DNA of 64,000 nt from Bryobacterales bacterium (GTDB taxonomy: Bacteria > Acidobacteriota > Terriglobia > Bryobacterales > Bryobacteraceae): the NCBI GenBank assembly GCA_963749105.1, contig CAVVLT010000005.1, positions 160,299 to 224,298 on the forward strand, given 5' to 3'. Below the pieces are notes generated by a model. It was not told where the DNA came from, made no database searches, and saw nothing but the letters and a program-made list of their open reading frames with translations. This document shows, in pieces, positions 26,429 to 35,379 of the stretch. Positions within the stretch are counted from its first letter, which is position 1; each line of letters opens with the position of its first letter. The translations under genes and the position numbers were made by a program.

Positions 26429-27924
26429 CGCAGCAACCCTTGCCTTCCACTCACGCGCCAGGCAGACGCCGTGCCATTCATTTGTTGTGGAACTGTCACT
26501 GGCTGCAGCAGCGCTGTGTGAGTGGCTGCCAGCATGCCGGAAAGGAATGCCTCGCTGTTCGGCTTTTCCTTTTTCCGTTGCTGCATAAACCGATCGAGAA
26601 AACCCGTGTCCAAATCGCCAGCCACCCACGCTGGATCATTCATCAGAGGACTAAACAGACCTAAATTCGTTTTGACGCCGAGCACACGGTATTCCAAGAC
26701 AGCCCGCCGCATGCGCTCGATCGCCGAAGTGCGGGTATCGCTCCAGACGGTTAGCTTGGCCAGCAGTGGGTCGTATTCCAGCGGTACCGTCCAGCCTTCG
26801 TAAACACCGCCGTCGACGCGCACACCAGGACCACAGGGTTCTTCGTAGTGGGTTAAACTGCCAGCGCTTGGAAAGAAGTTATTGTCGGGATCTTCGGCAT
26901 AGAGGCGACACTCAATCGCCGACCCGCTCCAGCGAACGTCTTCCTGTTTCAGCGTGAGCGGCTCGCCGGCGGCAATGCGGATTTGCCAGCGGACTAAATC
27001 AATCCCTGTCACCCACTCGGTTACCGGGTGCTCCACTTGCAGGCGCGTATTCATTTCCAAAAAATAAAAATTGCCGCTTTGATCGGCTAGAAACTCCAGC
27101 GTTCCGGCGCTTGAAAAATTGACTGCGCGGGCCACGCGCAAAGCCGCTTCGCCCAGTTGTTGCCGTAGTTCGGGCTTGGCCAGCACTAACGGAGACGGCG
27201 ATTCTTCCACTACTTTTTGATGGCGGCGCTGCAAGGAACATTCGCGCTCGCCCAAGTGGATCAGGTGACCGTGCTCATCGCCTAGCACTTGCACCTCAAT
27301 GTGCCGCGGCCGCAGAATCAACTTTTCCAAATAAACTTCGCCATCACCAAAGGAGCGCTCGGCCTCGCTGGAAGCAGCCTTCATGGCAGAGGCCAATTCC
27401 GATTCCTGGTCCACCCGCCGCATACCTTTGCCGCCACCGCCTGCTGCGGCTTTCAGTAGTACTGGATAACCAAGTTTGGCGGCAATCTTGCGCGCCTCCT
27501 GTGGATCGCTGATGCCCTTTTCCGTGCCCGGAACAACGGGCGCACCGGCCGCAATGGCTACGCTGCGCGCCGACGTTTTGGAACCCATTTTCTCTATCGC
27601 GCGCCAGTCAGGTCCTATGAACTTGATGTTCGCCTCGCCGCAGGCTTTGGCAAATTCCGCATTTTCGCTGAGGAATCCGTAGCCCGGATGAATTGCCTCC
27701 GCGCCTGTCTGTTTGGCGGCGTTGATGATCTTCTCTACAACGAGATAGCTGTCCCCCGAAAACGGCGGCCCGACGCAAATCGCTTCATCGGCCATTTGCA
27801 CGTGCAGCGAACGACGGTCGGCTTCAGAATAAACGGCGACACTGCCAATTCGCATTTCGCGCAGCGCACGAATGACGCGGACGGCGATCTCACCACGATT
27901 AGCAATCAGTACTTTACGGAACAA
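26425..27924 (-). CDS. accC: Biotin carboxylase (ATP-grasp) subunit
   Basis: 499 aa. MFRKVLIANRGEIAVRVIRALREM N-terminus, ATP-grasp Gly-rich loop KAAAGGGGKGMR, and NFYFLEMNTRLQVEHPVTE. Confidence 0.93.
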   Translation of the reverse strand: MFRKVLIANRGEIAVRVIRALREMRIGSVAVYSEADRRSLHVQMADEAICVGPPFSGDSYLVVEKIINAAKQTGAEAIHPGYGFLSENAEFAKACGEANIKFIGPDWRAIEKMGSKTSARSVAIAAGAPVVPGTEKGISDPQEARKIAAKLGYPVLLKAAAGGGGKGMRRVDQESELASAMKAASSEAERSFGDGEVYLEKLILRPRHIEVQVLGDEHGHLIHLGERECSLQRRHQKVVEESPSPLVLAKPELRQQLGEAALRVARAVNFSSAGTLEFLADQSGNFYFLEMNTRLQVEHPVTEWVTGIDLVRWQIRIAAGEPLTLKQEDVRWSGSAIECRLYAEDPDNNFFPSAGSLTHYEEPCGPGVRVDGGVYEGWTVPLEYDPLLAKLTVWSDTRTSAIERMRRAVLEYRVLGVKTNLGLFSPLMNDPAWVAGDLDTGFLDRFMQQRKKEKPNSEAFLSGMLAATHTALLQPVTVPQQMNGTASAWRVSGRQGLLR

Positions 27925-28010
27925 GGTGGAATAGGCTCCGACTTTGTTGTATCAGATTAAGAGATCGTTCGTTGTGCGTTGACGCACAGTTGCGAGACTA
28001 TACTGAACTC

Positions 28011-28583
28011 ATGGGCGTCGCCTCACAGTTCGTAACGTTGGCGGAATACCTAACGATGGAGTATCCGGAAGGTGTGAAGGACGAACTGATCAAAGGAGAG
28101 GTGGTTATTTCGCCAACCGCTAAGCCAAATCATCAGATCATCATGAAGCGCCTGATGGAACTGCTCGACAAGATTATCGATCAGGCAAAGTTTGAAGCGA
28201 GCTTCGACACCAGCATCGTGGTAGAGCCTGCCGATCCCGCGTCCATGCCCCGCCCTGACGTCTTTGTAATGGATCGCAGCCGCTTCCGCGCTGCCGCGGC
28301 TGAAGATCGTTATCCGGAAGGCTCGCCCGAATTGGCGATCGAAGTTGTTTCTCCCAGCAACACAAAACCGAAGCTTACCGAAAAGATCGACTTGTACTTG
28401 GCAAACGGCTCTTTGGCCGTTTGGGTCATCTATCCGAAAACGCGTACCGTTATTGTTTGGGAATCCCGGGGCAAGAAGAGCGAATTCAGAGAGGGCGACG
28501 CCTTGCCGCTCCCATACCCGCTCAGCAGGCGAACCATTGGAGTCTCTGAGATCTTTTCCGATCAACGCTCTTCCTTGTCGTAA
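28011..28583 (+). CDS. Uma2-family (DUF820) putative endonuclease
   Basis: 190 aa from ATG 28011. ELIKGEVVISP, RPDVFVMD and PELAIEVVSPSN resemble the PD-(D/E)xK-like Uma2 core. Overlaps the convergent truA 3' end by 22 nt. Confidence 0.7.
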   Translation: MGVASQFVTLAEYLTMEYPEGVKDELIKGEVVISPTAKPNHQIIMKRLMELLDKIIDQAKFEASFDTSIVVEPADPASMPRPDVFVMDRSRFRAAAAEDRYPEGSPELAIEVVSPSNTKPKLTEKIDLYLANGSLAVWVIYPKTRTVIVWESRGKKSEFREGDALPLPYPLSRRTIGVSEIFSDQRSSLS

Positions 28584-29320
28584 TCCACTGAAAGCAAAAT
28601 CAAGCCACTTGGCGGCAAGCGTGGTCCCGGATTAATTCCGCACTGCGGTTGAAGGCGTGCGCGTACATCGTCTTCGTTCAAATTGCCTTTGCCAACCTCG
28701 ATCAACACGCCCACGATATTTCGGACCATGTGCTTGAGGAATCCAGAGCCCGTTACCCGATAAATCAGCAGGTCTTCGCAGCGCTCGATTTTTGAACTGA
28801 ACAGCGTCCGAATTTGAGGCTGCCCTTCGGCATAACGCTCGTCGGCTGCGGCAAAAGCCGTGAAGTTATACTCGCCTTCTAACAAAAGTGCCGCTCGCAT
28901 CATGGCCGCTTCATTCAGCGGGTAGGGATGGTGGTGAACAAACCGCCGCACGAATGGCGAGCAAACCTCGGCGCGATAAAGGCGGAATTCGTACGTCTTG
29001 CGCGTAGCATCGAAACGCGGGTGAAACGTGGCGGGCGCCTCACTTACGCGATTAATGCGAATCGTGCTGGGCAGCAAACGATTCACGGCGCGCCGGAAAT
29101 TGTCGGTAGGAATGCGATTCTCAAGCGAAACAGCGGCGACTTGGGCCATAGCATGGACCCCCGCGTCTGTGCGGCCCGAGCCTGCGACGTGCACCGGCCG
29201 GCCTTCGATGCCGCCGATAATCTCTTCGAGAATGCCTTGAATGGTGGGCAGGCCGGGCTGCACCTGCCAACCGTGAAAATCGGTTCCATCGTAGGCGACT
29301 TCGAAACGGATTCTGCGCAT
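28562..29320 (-). CDS. truA: tRNA pseudouridine(38-40) synthase
   Basis: 252 aa. RFEVAYDGTDFHGWQVQPG and the catalytic-Asp motif AGSGRTDAGVHA. Confidence 0.95.
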   Translation of the reverse strand: MRRIRFEVAYDGTDFHGWQVQPGLPTIQGILEEIIGGIEGRPVHVAGSGRTDAGVHAMAQVAAVSLENRIPTDNFRRAVNRLLPSTIRINRVSEAPATFHPRFDATRKTYEFRLYRAEVCSPFVRRFVHHHPYPLNEAAMMRAALLLEGEYNFTAFAAADERYAEGQPQIRTLFSSKIERCEDLLIYRVTGSGFLKHMVRNIVGVLIEVGKGNLNEDDVRARLQPQCGINPGPRLPPSGLILLSVDYDKEER

Positions 29321-29329
29321 GGCAGAGTC

Positions 29330-29962
29330 TCAGGATAGCGGTTCCGTGCGGCGTGAACCGGGCTTAGTCAACGGAAGGCCTTGCTTGCACAACGGACAAT
29401 CTTCCGGCTGGTAAGCCACCGCCTTGAGAGTTTGCAAAGCGACGCGAGGCACTCCTACATCGGCACGCCCGTTGCTGCGGTCGATAATCGAACCGGCAGC
29501 CTGCACCTTGACGCCGTATGCATCCACCACGCGGATGACTTCCTTCGTGCTGCCTCCAGTGGTGATTACGTCTTCGATGACGACGACGGACTCGCCCGGT
29601 TTGATTTCAAAACCGCGGCGCAGCAACATACTGTTCGTATCAACATCGCGTTCGGTGAATAGCGATCGGGCCCGCAGCGCGCGCGCTACTTCATGGCCAA
29701 TGATAATACCGCCGATCGCCGGGGCAACCACCACTTGTGGAACCGCGCCTGCGAGTAGCGTTTTGATTTGCTCGGCCAGGTCCTGACCCAGTCGTTCGGC
29801 GTAAGCGGGAAGGGCCAATACTTTGGCGCATTGTAAGTACTCGCTACTATGAAGGCCGCTGGTCAAGCGAAAGTGGCCATGTAAATATGCGCCGGTCTCT
29901 TCAAACAGCGCCATCACCGAAGTTTCCATCGCCGTCAGGATAACAGCCGCGGCAGTCTGCAT
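29330..29962 (-). CDS. pyrE: Orotate phosphoribosyltransferase
   Basis: PRPP-binding motif VVVIEDVITTGGST, and GHFRLTSGLHSSEYLQ near the N-terminus. The start is uncertain: in-frame ATGs also occur at 29929 and 29914. Confidence 0.88.
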   Translation of the reverse strand: MQTAAAVILTAMETSVMALFEETGAYLHGHFRLTSGLHSSEYLQCAKVLALPAYAERLGQDLAEQIKTLLAGAVPQVVVAPAIGGIIIGHEVARALRARSLFTERDVDTNSMLLRRGFEIKPGESVVVIEDVITTGGSTKEVIRVVDAYGVKVQAAGSIIDRSNGRADVGVPRVALQTLKAVAYQPEDCPLCKQGLPLTKPGSRRTEPLS

Positions 29963-30242
29963 TTTGGAAAATTGGCCATGCTATTCCCAAGACCGAACAC
30001 TCCGCACAACGTGTGTACAAGCGTCGTCCCTTGTTTTCAGCCACGTCGTATTGGCCGCTCTTTTGCAACAAGTTATGGACGCTTCAATACGTTACTATGG
30101 GTTTGCACGCGCTAAACACGGAACTTCGGCGGCGCAATCATCGTTCTTCGTTCAAGCGGGGTCGGTCGTCTTGAGGCGCGGAAATGTGAGAGCGCAGGCG
30201 GTCTCCTGCGTTTTATTTATTGGGGGTCTTGAGTAAATTCGA

Positions 30243-32132
30243 ATGATAAGGTTCAAAGCACTTTTGTCAATGCTTTGCAGTTTCACGTTACTTCTTGGAA
30301 CGGTCAACGCACAGAACGCGATACGCGTTGAGCCGGCAAGGGGAATTTTTCGTTGGTACAAGCAGCGGAATGTGGCGCCCATCAATCTTGCAAATTCGGG
30401 TCGGCTGGAATCTTTGATTCACGCGGGAAATCTCTACCTCTCCGCGCAAGATGTAATTGCGCTGACGCTCGAGAACAACCTCGATATTGAGATTCAGCGA
30501 TACAACCCGATTCTCACTAGAGAAGTGACGTTACGAACGCAAGGGGGCGGTGCGATTCGAAGTGTGGGTGCGGGGCTTGCAGCCGGACCGACGAGCGTAA
30601 GTTTGACCGGTGTAAGCCTGAATGCCAGCGGCGGCGGAACAAGCGCGAGCGGTGTGAGTTCGAGCGGCATTTTGACACAACTCGGCCCGGCGATTCCGAA
30701 CCTTGACCCGCAGCTTTCAGCAATCGCCCAGTTTGCGCACAGCACAAGCCCGCAAAGCAACACGTTCTTGACGGGAACGACCTCTTTGATCTCGAATACC
30801 CGCACGTACCAAGGCCAGTATTCGCAATATAACGATTGGGGCAGTTACTGGCAGTTCACAGTTAGCGATTCGCATTTACGATATAACAGTCCTTTTTATT
30901 CGCTCAATCCATTCACCGTGGCAGACCTGGATTTACAGGTCACGCAAAACTTGTTGCAAGGATTTGGACGCCCGGTGTTAGGCCGCAATATTCGCGTTTC
31001 TAAGAATAATGAAAAGGTTTCAAATCTGCAATTCAAGCAGCAGGTGATTACGACGGTTTCAGCGGTGTTGAATTTGTACTGGGATCTGGTGAGTTTTAAT
31101 GCCGATCTCAAAGCCCGCAGGGATGAATTGGCGACGGCCCAGGCGCTGTTCGAAGACAATCAGAAGCAGGTGAAGATTGGTACGCTGGCGCCGATTGAAG
31201 TGACGCGAGCGGAGGCGCAGGTTTATTCGAGCCAGCAGGATTTGCTTATTTCGCAAACCAATCTGTTGCAGCAGGAAACAGTTCTGAAAAATGCATTGAG
31301 CCGGAACGGCGTGGCGAGTCCAACGCTGGCGGATGTTCATGTTGTGCCGTTGGACACGGTGCAGGTGCCGCCGCAGGAAGACATTCAGCCCATTGATCAA
31401 TTGGTGGGAGAAGCATTGACGAAGCGTATTGAAATTGCCCAAGACAAGATCAATATCGATAGCCAGCAGATTAATCTAAAGGCCATTCGCAACGGTTTGC
31501 GGCCGACGCTGCAGTTGTTTGCGGAACTCACGAACAACGGGTTGGCCGGCAGCGTGAACTACTTGAATCCGGCAATTGGGGCGCCCTCTTTCTTGACTGG
31601 AAATACGGCGACGGCCTTCCAGCAGATTCTGAATCGCGACTTTCCGAACTATTCGGCGGGAGTTTCATTGAACATTCCCCTGCGGAACCGAGCGGCGCAA
31701 TCGGACTATGTGACGTCGGCGCTAGAAGAGCGGCAGGCGGAACTTTCGCTGCAGAAGGCGGTAAATCAGGTTCGTGTCGACGTGCAGAACGCTGTAATTG
31801 GTTTGCGGCAGGCGCGGGTCCGTTATGATTCATCGGTGAAGGCGCGCATTTTGCAACAGCAGACGCTGGATGCGGATAGGAAGAAGTACACACTGGGCGC
31901 ATCGACTGTGTTCCAGGTGGTTCAGGACCAACAGACTTTAGCGGCGGCGCAAAGCACGGAACAGCAATCGCTGGCCAATTACAGCCATGCAAGGATTTCG
32001 TTTGACCAAGCGATGGGCACCACGCTTGAGACGAATCACGTTTCCATCGACGAGGCGTTATCTGGAAGGGTCAATCGGCCGTCGGAACTGCCGACGAATC
32101 TGCCGCCCTCCGCACAGGAGCAAAAGCAGTGA
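30243..32132 (+). CDS. TolC-family outer-membrane channel protein (oversized, 629 aa)
   Basis: Signal peptide MIRFKALLSMLCSFTLLLGTVNAQ. Repeated OEP-type helical segments (LSAQDVIALTLENNLDIEIQRYN; EVTRAEAQVYSSQQDLLISQTNLLQ; ALEERQAELSLQKAVNQV). A Gly/Ser/Thr-rich insertion at about aa 100-140. Confidence 0.85.
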   Translation: MIRFKALLSMLCSFTLLLGTVNAQNAIRVEPARGIFRWYKQRNVAPINLANSGRLESLIHAGNLYLSAQDVIALTLENNLDIEIQRYNPILTREVTLRTQGGGAIRSVGAGLAAGPTSVSLTGVSLNASGGGTSASGVSSSGILTQLGPAIPNLDPQLSAIAQFAHSTSPQSNTFLTGTTSLISNTRTYQGQYSQYNDWGSYWQFTVSDSHLRYNSPFYSLNPFTVADLDLQVTQNLLQGFGRPVLGRNIRVSKNNEKVSNLQFKQQVITTVSAVLNLYWDLVSFNADLKARRDELATAQALFEDNQKQVKIGTLAPIEVTRAEAQVYSSQQDLLISQTNLLQQETVLKNALSRNGVASPTLADVHVVPLDTVQVPPQEDIQPIDQLVGEALTKRIEIAQDKINIDSQQINLKAIRNGLRPTLQLFAELTNNGLAGSVNYLNPAIGAPSFLTGNTATAFQQILNRDFPNYSAGVSLNIPLRNRAAQSDYVTSALEERQAELSLQKAVNQVRVDVQNAVIGLRQARVRYDSSVKARILQQQTLDADRKKYTLGASTVFQVVQDQQTLAAAQSTEQQSLANYSHARISFDQAMGTTLETNHVSIDEALSGRVNRPSELPTNLPPSAQEQKQ

Positions 32133-34102
32133 AGCGGGCGAAGCAGTACATAGCGATTGGCCTGTGTGCGCTAGCGACGGGGCCGCTGGGTTGGAGCCAG
32201 CAATCGATTGATCCGGTTCCGCACAAAGGCGGCATTTTCGGTTCGTACTCGGCGCCTTATTTGCCGGGCGTGCGCTTGGCAAATAGCAACCGATTTGCGC
32301 CCCTGATTCGTGGCGGCAAACTGTACCTGACGGCGCAAGACGCGATTGCCCTGGCGCTGGAGAACAATATTGATATTGAGAGCGATCGTTACAACGCGCT
32401 GATCAGCACCGGCAATTACACCCGGGCGCTGGCGGGTGGCCCCTTGCCTGGCGTGCCCAGTGGTTCGTCACAGGCGGGATCGGTACAAAGCGGGCAAGGC
32501 GTAGCGGGAAGCCAAGCGGCGGCGGGCGTGAGCAATTCCGGCAACAGCAGTAACAATGGGAATGGAACGAACGCGACTATCACGCAGATTGGCCCAGTTA
32601 CGCCCACTCTTGACCCATCCTTTACCAGTTCTGAGGTTTTTTCGCATAAATCGAACCCACAACCCAACTCTACTCAGGCCGATACTTCCAACCTGATTGA
32701 CAATACCCGCAACTATCAAGAGACCCTTAATGCGGGTTTTATCTACGGCGGCAAAGCGACGCTCACGTATTCAGACGCGTACTTGAAGGAGAACTCACCG
32801 GGAGACGTATTGAATCCGACGAACGGCACTGCGCTTTCGCTAAGTGTGCAGCAGAATCTTTTCTACGGTTTTGGAAAAGCCCTAAATGCCCGCACTATCA
32901 CAATTGCTAAAGCGAATATCGGCATTAACGACCTGACTTTTCAAACGCAGGTGATTGCTGTAGTGGTGAGCGTGCTGAATAATTACTATTCGCTGGCGGC
33001 GGATTATGAAAACGTAAAAGCGAATCGGGAAGCGCTCTCCGTAGCGCAAAGATTTTTTGAAGACAACAAGAAACAAGTGCAGATTGGCACCATGGCGCCG
33101 CTGGATGTGACGACGGCGGAAGCACAGGTTGCGACCAGCCAACAAAATTTGGTTGTGGCAGAAACCACGCTTGAGCAGGACCAGGTGACGCTGAAGAACC
33201 TCTTGAGCCGGAACGGATTGGCTGATCCGGTGATTGCCAACGTGGAAATCATTCCGCTGGATCGGATTGAAGTTCCCGAACAAGAGAAGCTGCCGCCGTT
33301 TAAAGATGCGCTGGCGACGGCGATGACATATCGAGTGGATTTGCAATCGGACCGTTTGAACTTGATCAATTCGCAGACGAATGCACTGGGCACATCCAAT
33401 GGCGTTTTGCCACAAACGGTGGCGTTTGGAACGCTGAAACAGCAAGGGCTGTCGGGTTCACCGCAAACGGCGTTTCAAGGGAATATTCCAGCGAACCAGC
33501 CGTTTAGTCTCCCTCCCGGGTATGTGGCCTGCCCAGCGTTTGGTCCACGAGCTTACTGCGAGGTCCCGGACAAATATTTCGTAGGCGGCATTACAACGGC
33601 ATTGGGCCAGATGATCAGGCGCGACTTCCCGTCGGAGAGTGGCGGCATTTACTTTGGCCCGACGCTGCGCAACCGCCAGGCGCGCGCTGACCAAAGTATC
33701 GATCAACTTTCCCTTAGGCAGCAGGAACTCGAGAACGAGCGGACCATCAATCAGGTAGCGGTGGATGTCTCGAATCAATTAATCGGCCTTCAGCAGGCAC
33801 GCATTAAATACCAAGCCGCCGTCAAGAATCGAGTACTGGAACAACAGTTGCTCGAGGCCGAACAGAAGAAGTTTGCCCTTGGTGCATCAACCACCTTCAA
33901 CGTTGTCACCCAGGAGCGCGATTTAGCCACTGCGCAAGCCACGGAAATCGCGGCCCTCGCCGGTTACAGCCAAGCCCGCATTCTGCTCGATCAGACGCTG
34001 GGGACGACGCTCAAGACGAACAACATCTCCATCGACGAAGTGCAAAACGGACGGGTCGCGCGAACATCGGCGCTGCCGGCCGTGCTGCCGGATGTTCACT
34101 GA
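32129..34102 (+). CDS. TolC-family outer-membrane channel protein, paralogue of the upstream gene (657 aa)
   Basis: GTG start in a GTGA overlap with the upstream stop. Same architecture and colinear motifs (LTAQDAIALALENNIDIESDRYN; DVTTAEAQVATSQQNLVVAETTLEQ). Gly/Ser/Asn-rich insertion SSQAGSVQSGQGVAGSQAAAGVSNSGNSSNNGNGTN. Confidence 0.85.
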   Translation: MKRAKQYIAIGLCALATGPLGWSQQSIDPVPHKGGIFGSYSAPYLPGVRLANSNRFAPLIRGGKLYLTAQDAIALALENNIDIESDRYNALISTGNYTRALAGGPLPGVPSGSSQAGSVQSGQGVAGSQAAAGVSNSGNSSNNGNGTNATITQIGPVTPTLDPSFTSSEVFSHKSNPQPNSTQADTSNLIDNTRNYQETLNAGFIYGGKATLTYSDAYLKENSPGDVLNPTNGTALSLSVQQNLFYGFGKALNARTITIAKANIGINDLTFQTQVIAVVVSVLNNYYSLAADYENVKANREALSVAQRFFEDNKKQVQIGTMAPLDVTTAEAQVATSQQNLVVAETTLEQDQVTLKNLLSRNGLADPVIANVEIIPLDRIEVPEQEKLPPFKDALATAMTYRVDLQSDRLNLINSQTNALGTSNGVLPQTVAFGTLKQQGLSGSPQTAFQGNIPANQPFSLPPGYVACPAFGPRAYCEVPDKYFVGGITTALGQMIRRDFPSESGGIYFGPTLRNRQARADQSIDQLSLRQQELENERTINQVAVDVSNQLIGLQQARIKYQAAVKNRVLEQQLLEAEQKKFALGASTTFNVVTQERDLATAQATEIAALAGYSQARILLDQTLGTTLKTNNISIDEVQNGRVARTSALPAVLPDVH

Positions 34103-34368
34103 CGGGTAATCTTATCCGGCCTCGGTAAAAAATTCTTCAAAACGATAACGCAATCTAGCGCAAGTCTTTGAAAATAATGACGCGTCGGTTTGGCACGGAA
34201 GGTGCTAGGGAAGTAGCGTAAACGAAAAAGAAAGCAGCTCAGGGACTGATGGTTGTTCCGCAACACAAATCCACGACTCACGAACCCAGCCTGTAAGTTT
34301 CCACCCAAAACCCCACAATTAGCCCACCCGACCGATTTCCCTGAGCTCGTTTTTCGCTCTGTAGTACG

Positions 34369-35379
34369 GTGGGGCTTGTGCCCGAGTTACGAATCCTCCC
34401 GCTCATTTCCAGCGCAACCGAAATTGTTCACGCACTCGGATTAGACAGGTTTCAAGTTGGGCGCTCGCATGAGTGCGATTATCCGGCCGAGGTTCTGGAT
34501 CTGCCCATTTGTACGCGTCCAGCGATTGCAGTCAATGGTTCCAGTGCTGAGATTGACCAACTCGTCAAACAACGCCTCCATTCCGCTTTGAGCATCTACG
34601 AAGTGGATGCGCCGCTGATTCGCGAACTGCGCCCGACGCACATCATCACCCAGACGCAATGCAAGGTTTGCGCCGTAAGTCTGGACGATGTGCAGAGTGC
34701 GCTGCGGGATGAGTGGGCGGTGGCAGCGCAGATCGTTTCTTGCGAACCGTATGCGCTAGCCGATGTTTGGAACGATATTCAACGAATTGCTGGCGCGTGT
34801 TGTGAAGCCGAGCGTGGAGATCGATTAGTTGCCGATCTGCGGAACCGGATGGCAGCGGTTCGTCCTCCGCTGGCAGGAAGGCCGACAGTGGTGGCAATTG
34901 AATGGCTTGAGCCGCTCATGACTGCCGGAAATTGGGTGCCTGAGTTGATAGAGCGGGCGGGCGGAGTCAATCTTTTCGGTACCGCCGGGCAACATTCGCC
35001 TTGGATGACTTGGGAACAGCTGGTTAGGGCCGATTCCGATGTGATTGTTGCGCTGCCGTGCGGCTTCGATTTAACGCGCACCCGCGAGGAAATGCATTGG
35101 CTTACTGAGCGTGCCGAATGGCCGCAGTTGAAAGCCGTCCGGCACGGACGCGTTTACATTTGCGACGGCAATCAGTTCATGAATCGCCCTGGACCGCGCT
35201 TAGTGGAATCGCTAGAGATTTTTGCGCAAATGCTACATCCCGAGCGATTCCCGCCTTCGCTAGAAAATATTGGCTGGCAGCACTTTGGAAATGGCGTCGG
35301 CGATCTGAACACCGTGAAATCGGCCGTTCTCGATGAAAATTTCGTTGGTGTGCGTGCCCGCGACGATCACGCCCGCTAG
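34369..35379 (+). CDS. Periplasmic-binding-protein type 8 fold (BtuF/cobalamin- or siderophore-binding-like) protein without a signal peptide
   Basis: 336 aa. N-terminus LRILPLISSATEIVHALGL, and WLEPLMTAGNWVPELIERAGG is typical of the BtuF-like family. No leader peptide. The last ~40 codons run antisense through the ypdA 3' end. Confidence 0.7.
   Translation: MGLVPELRILPLISSATEIVHALGLDRFQVGRSHECDYPAEVLDLPICTRPAIAVNGSSAEIDQLVKQRLHSALSIYEVDAPLIRELRPTHIITQTQCKVCAVSLDDVQSALRDEWAVAAQIVSCEPYALADVWNDIQRIAGACCEAERGDRLVADLRNRMAAVRPPLAGRPTVVAIEWLEPLMTAGNWVPELIERAGGVNLFGTAGQHSPWMTWEQLVRADSDVIVALPCGFDLTRTREEMHWLTERAEWPQLKAVRHGRVYICDGNQFMNRPGPRLVESLEIFAQMLHPERFPPSLENIGWQHFGNGVGDLNTVKSAVLDENFVGVRARDDHAR

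Noticed and set aside
29964-30236. A 90-aa ORF filling the pyrE/TolC divergent intergenic region.
   Set aside because: It has no RBS, odd composition and no motif. The region is better explained as a promoter-containing spacer.
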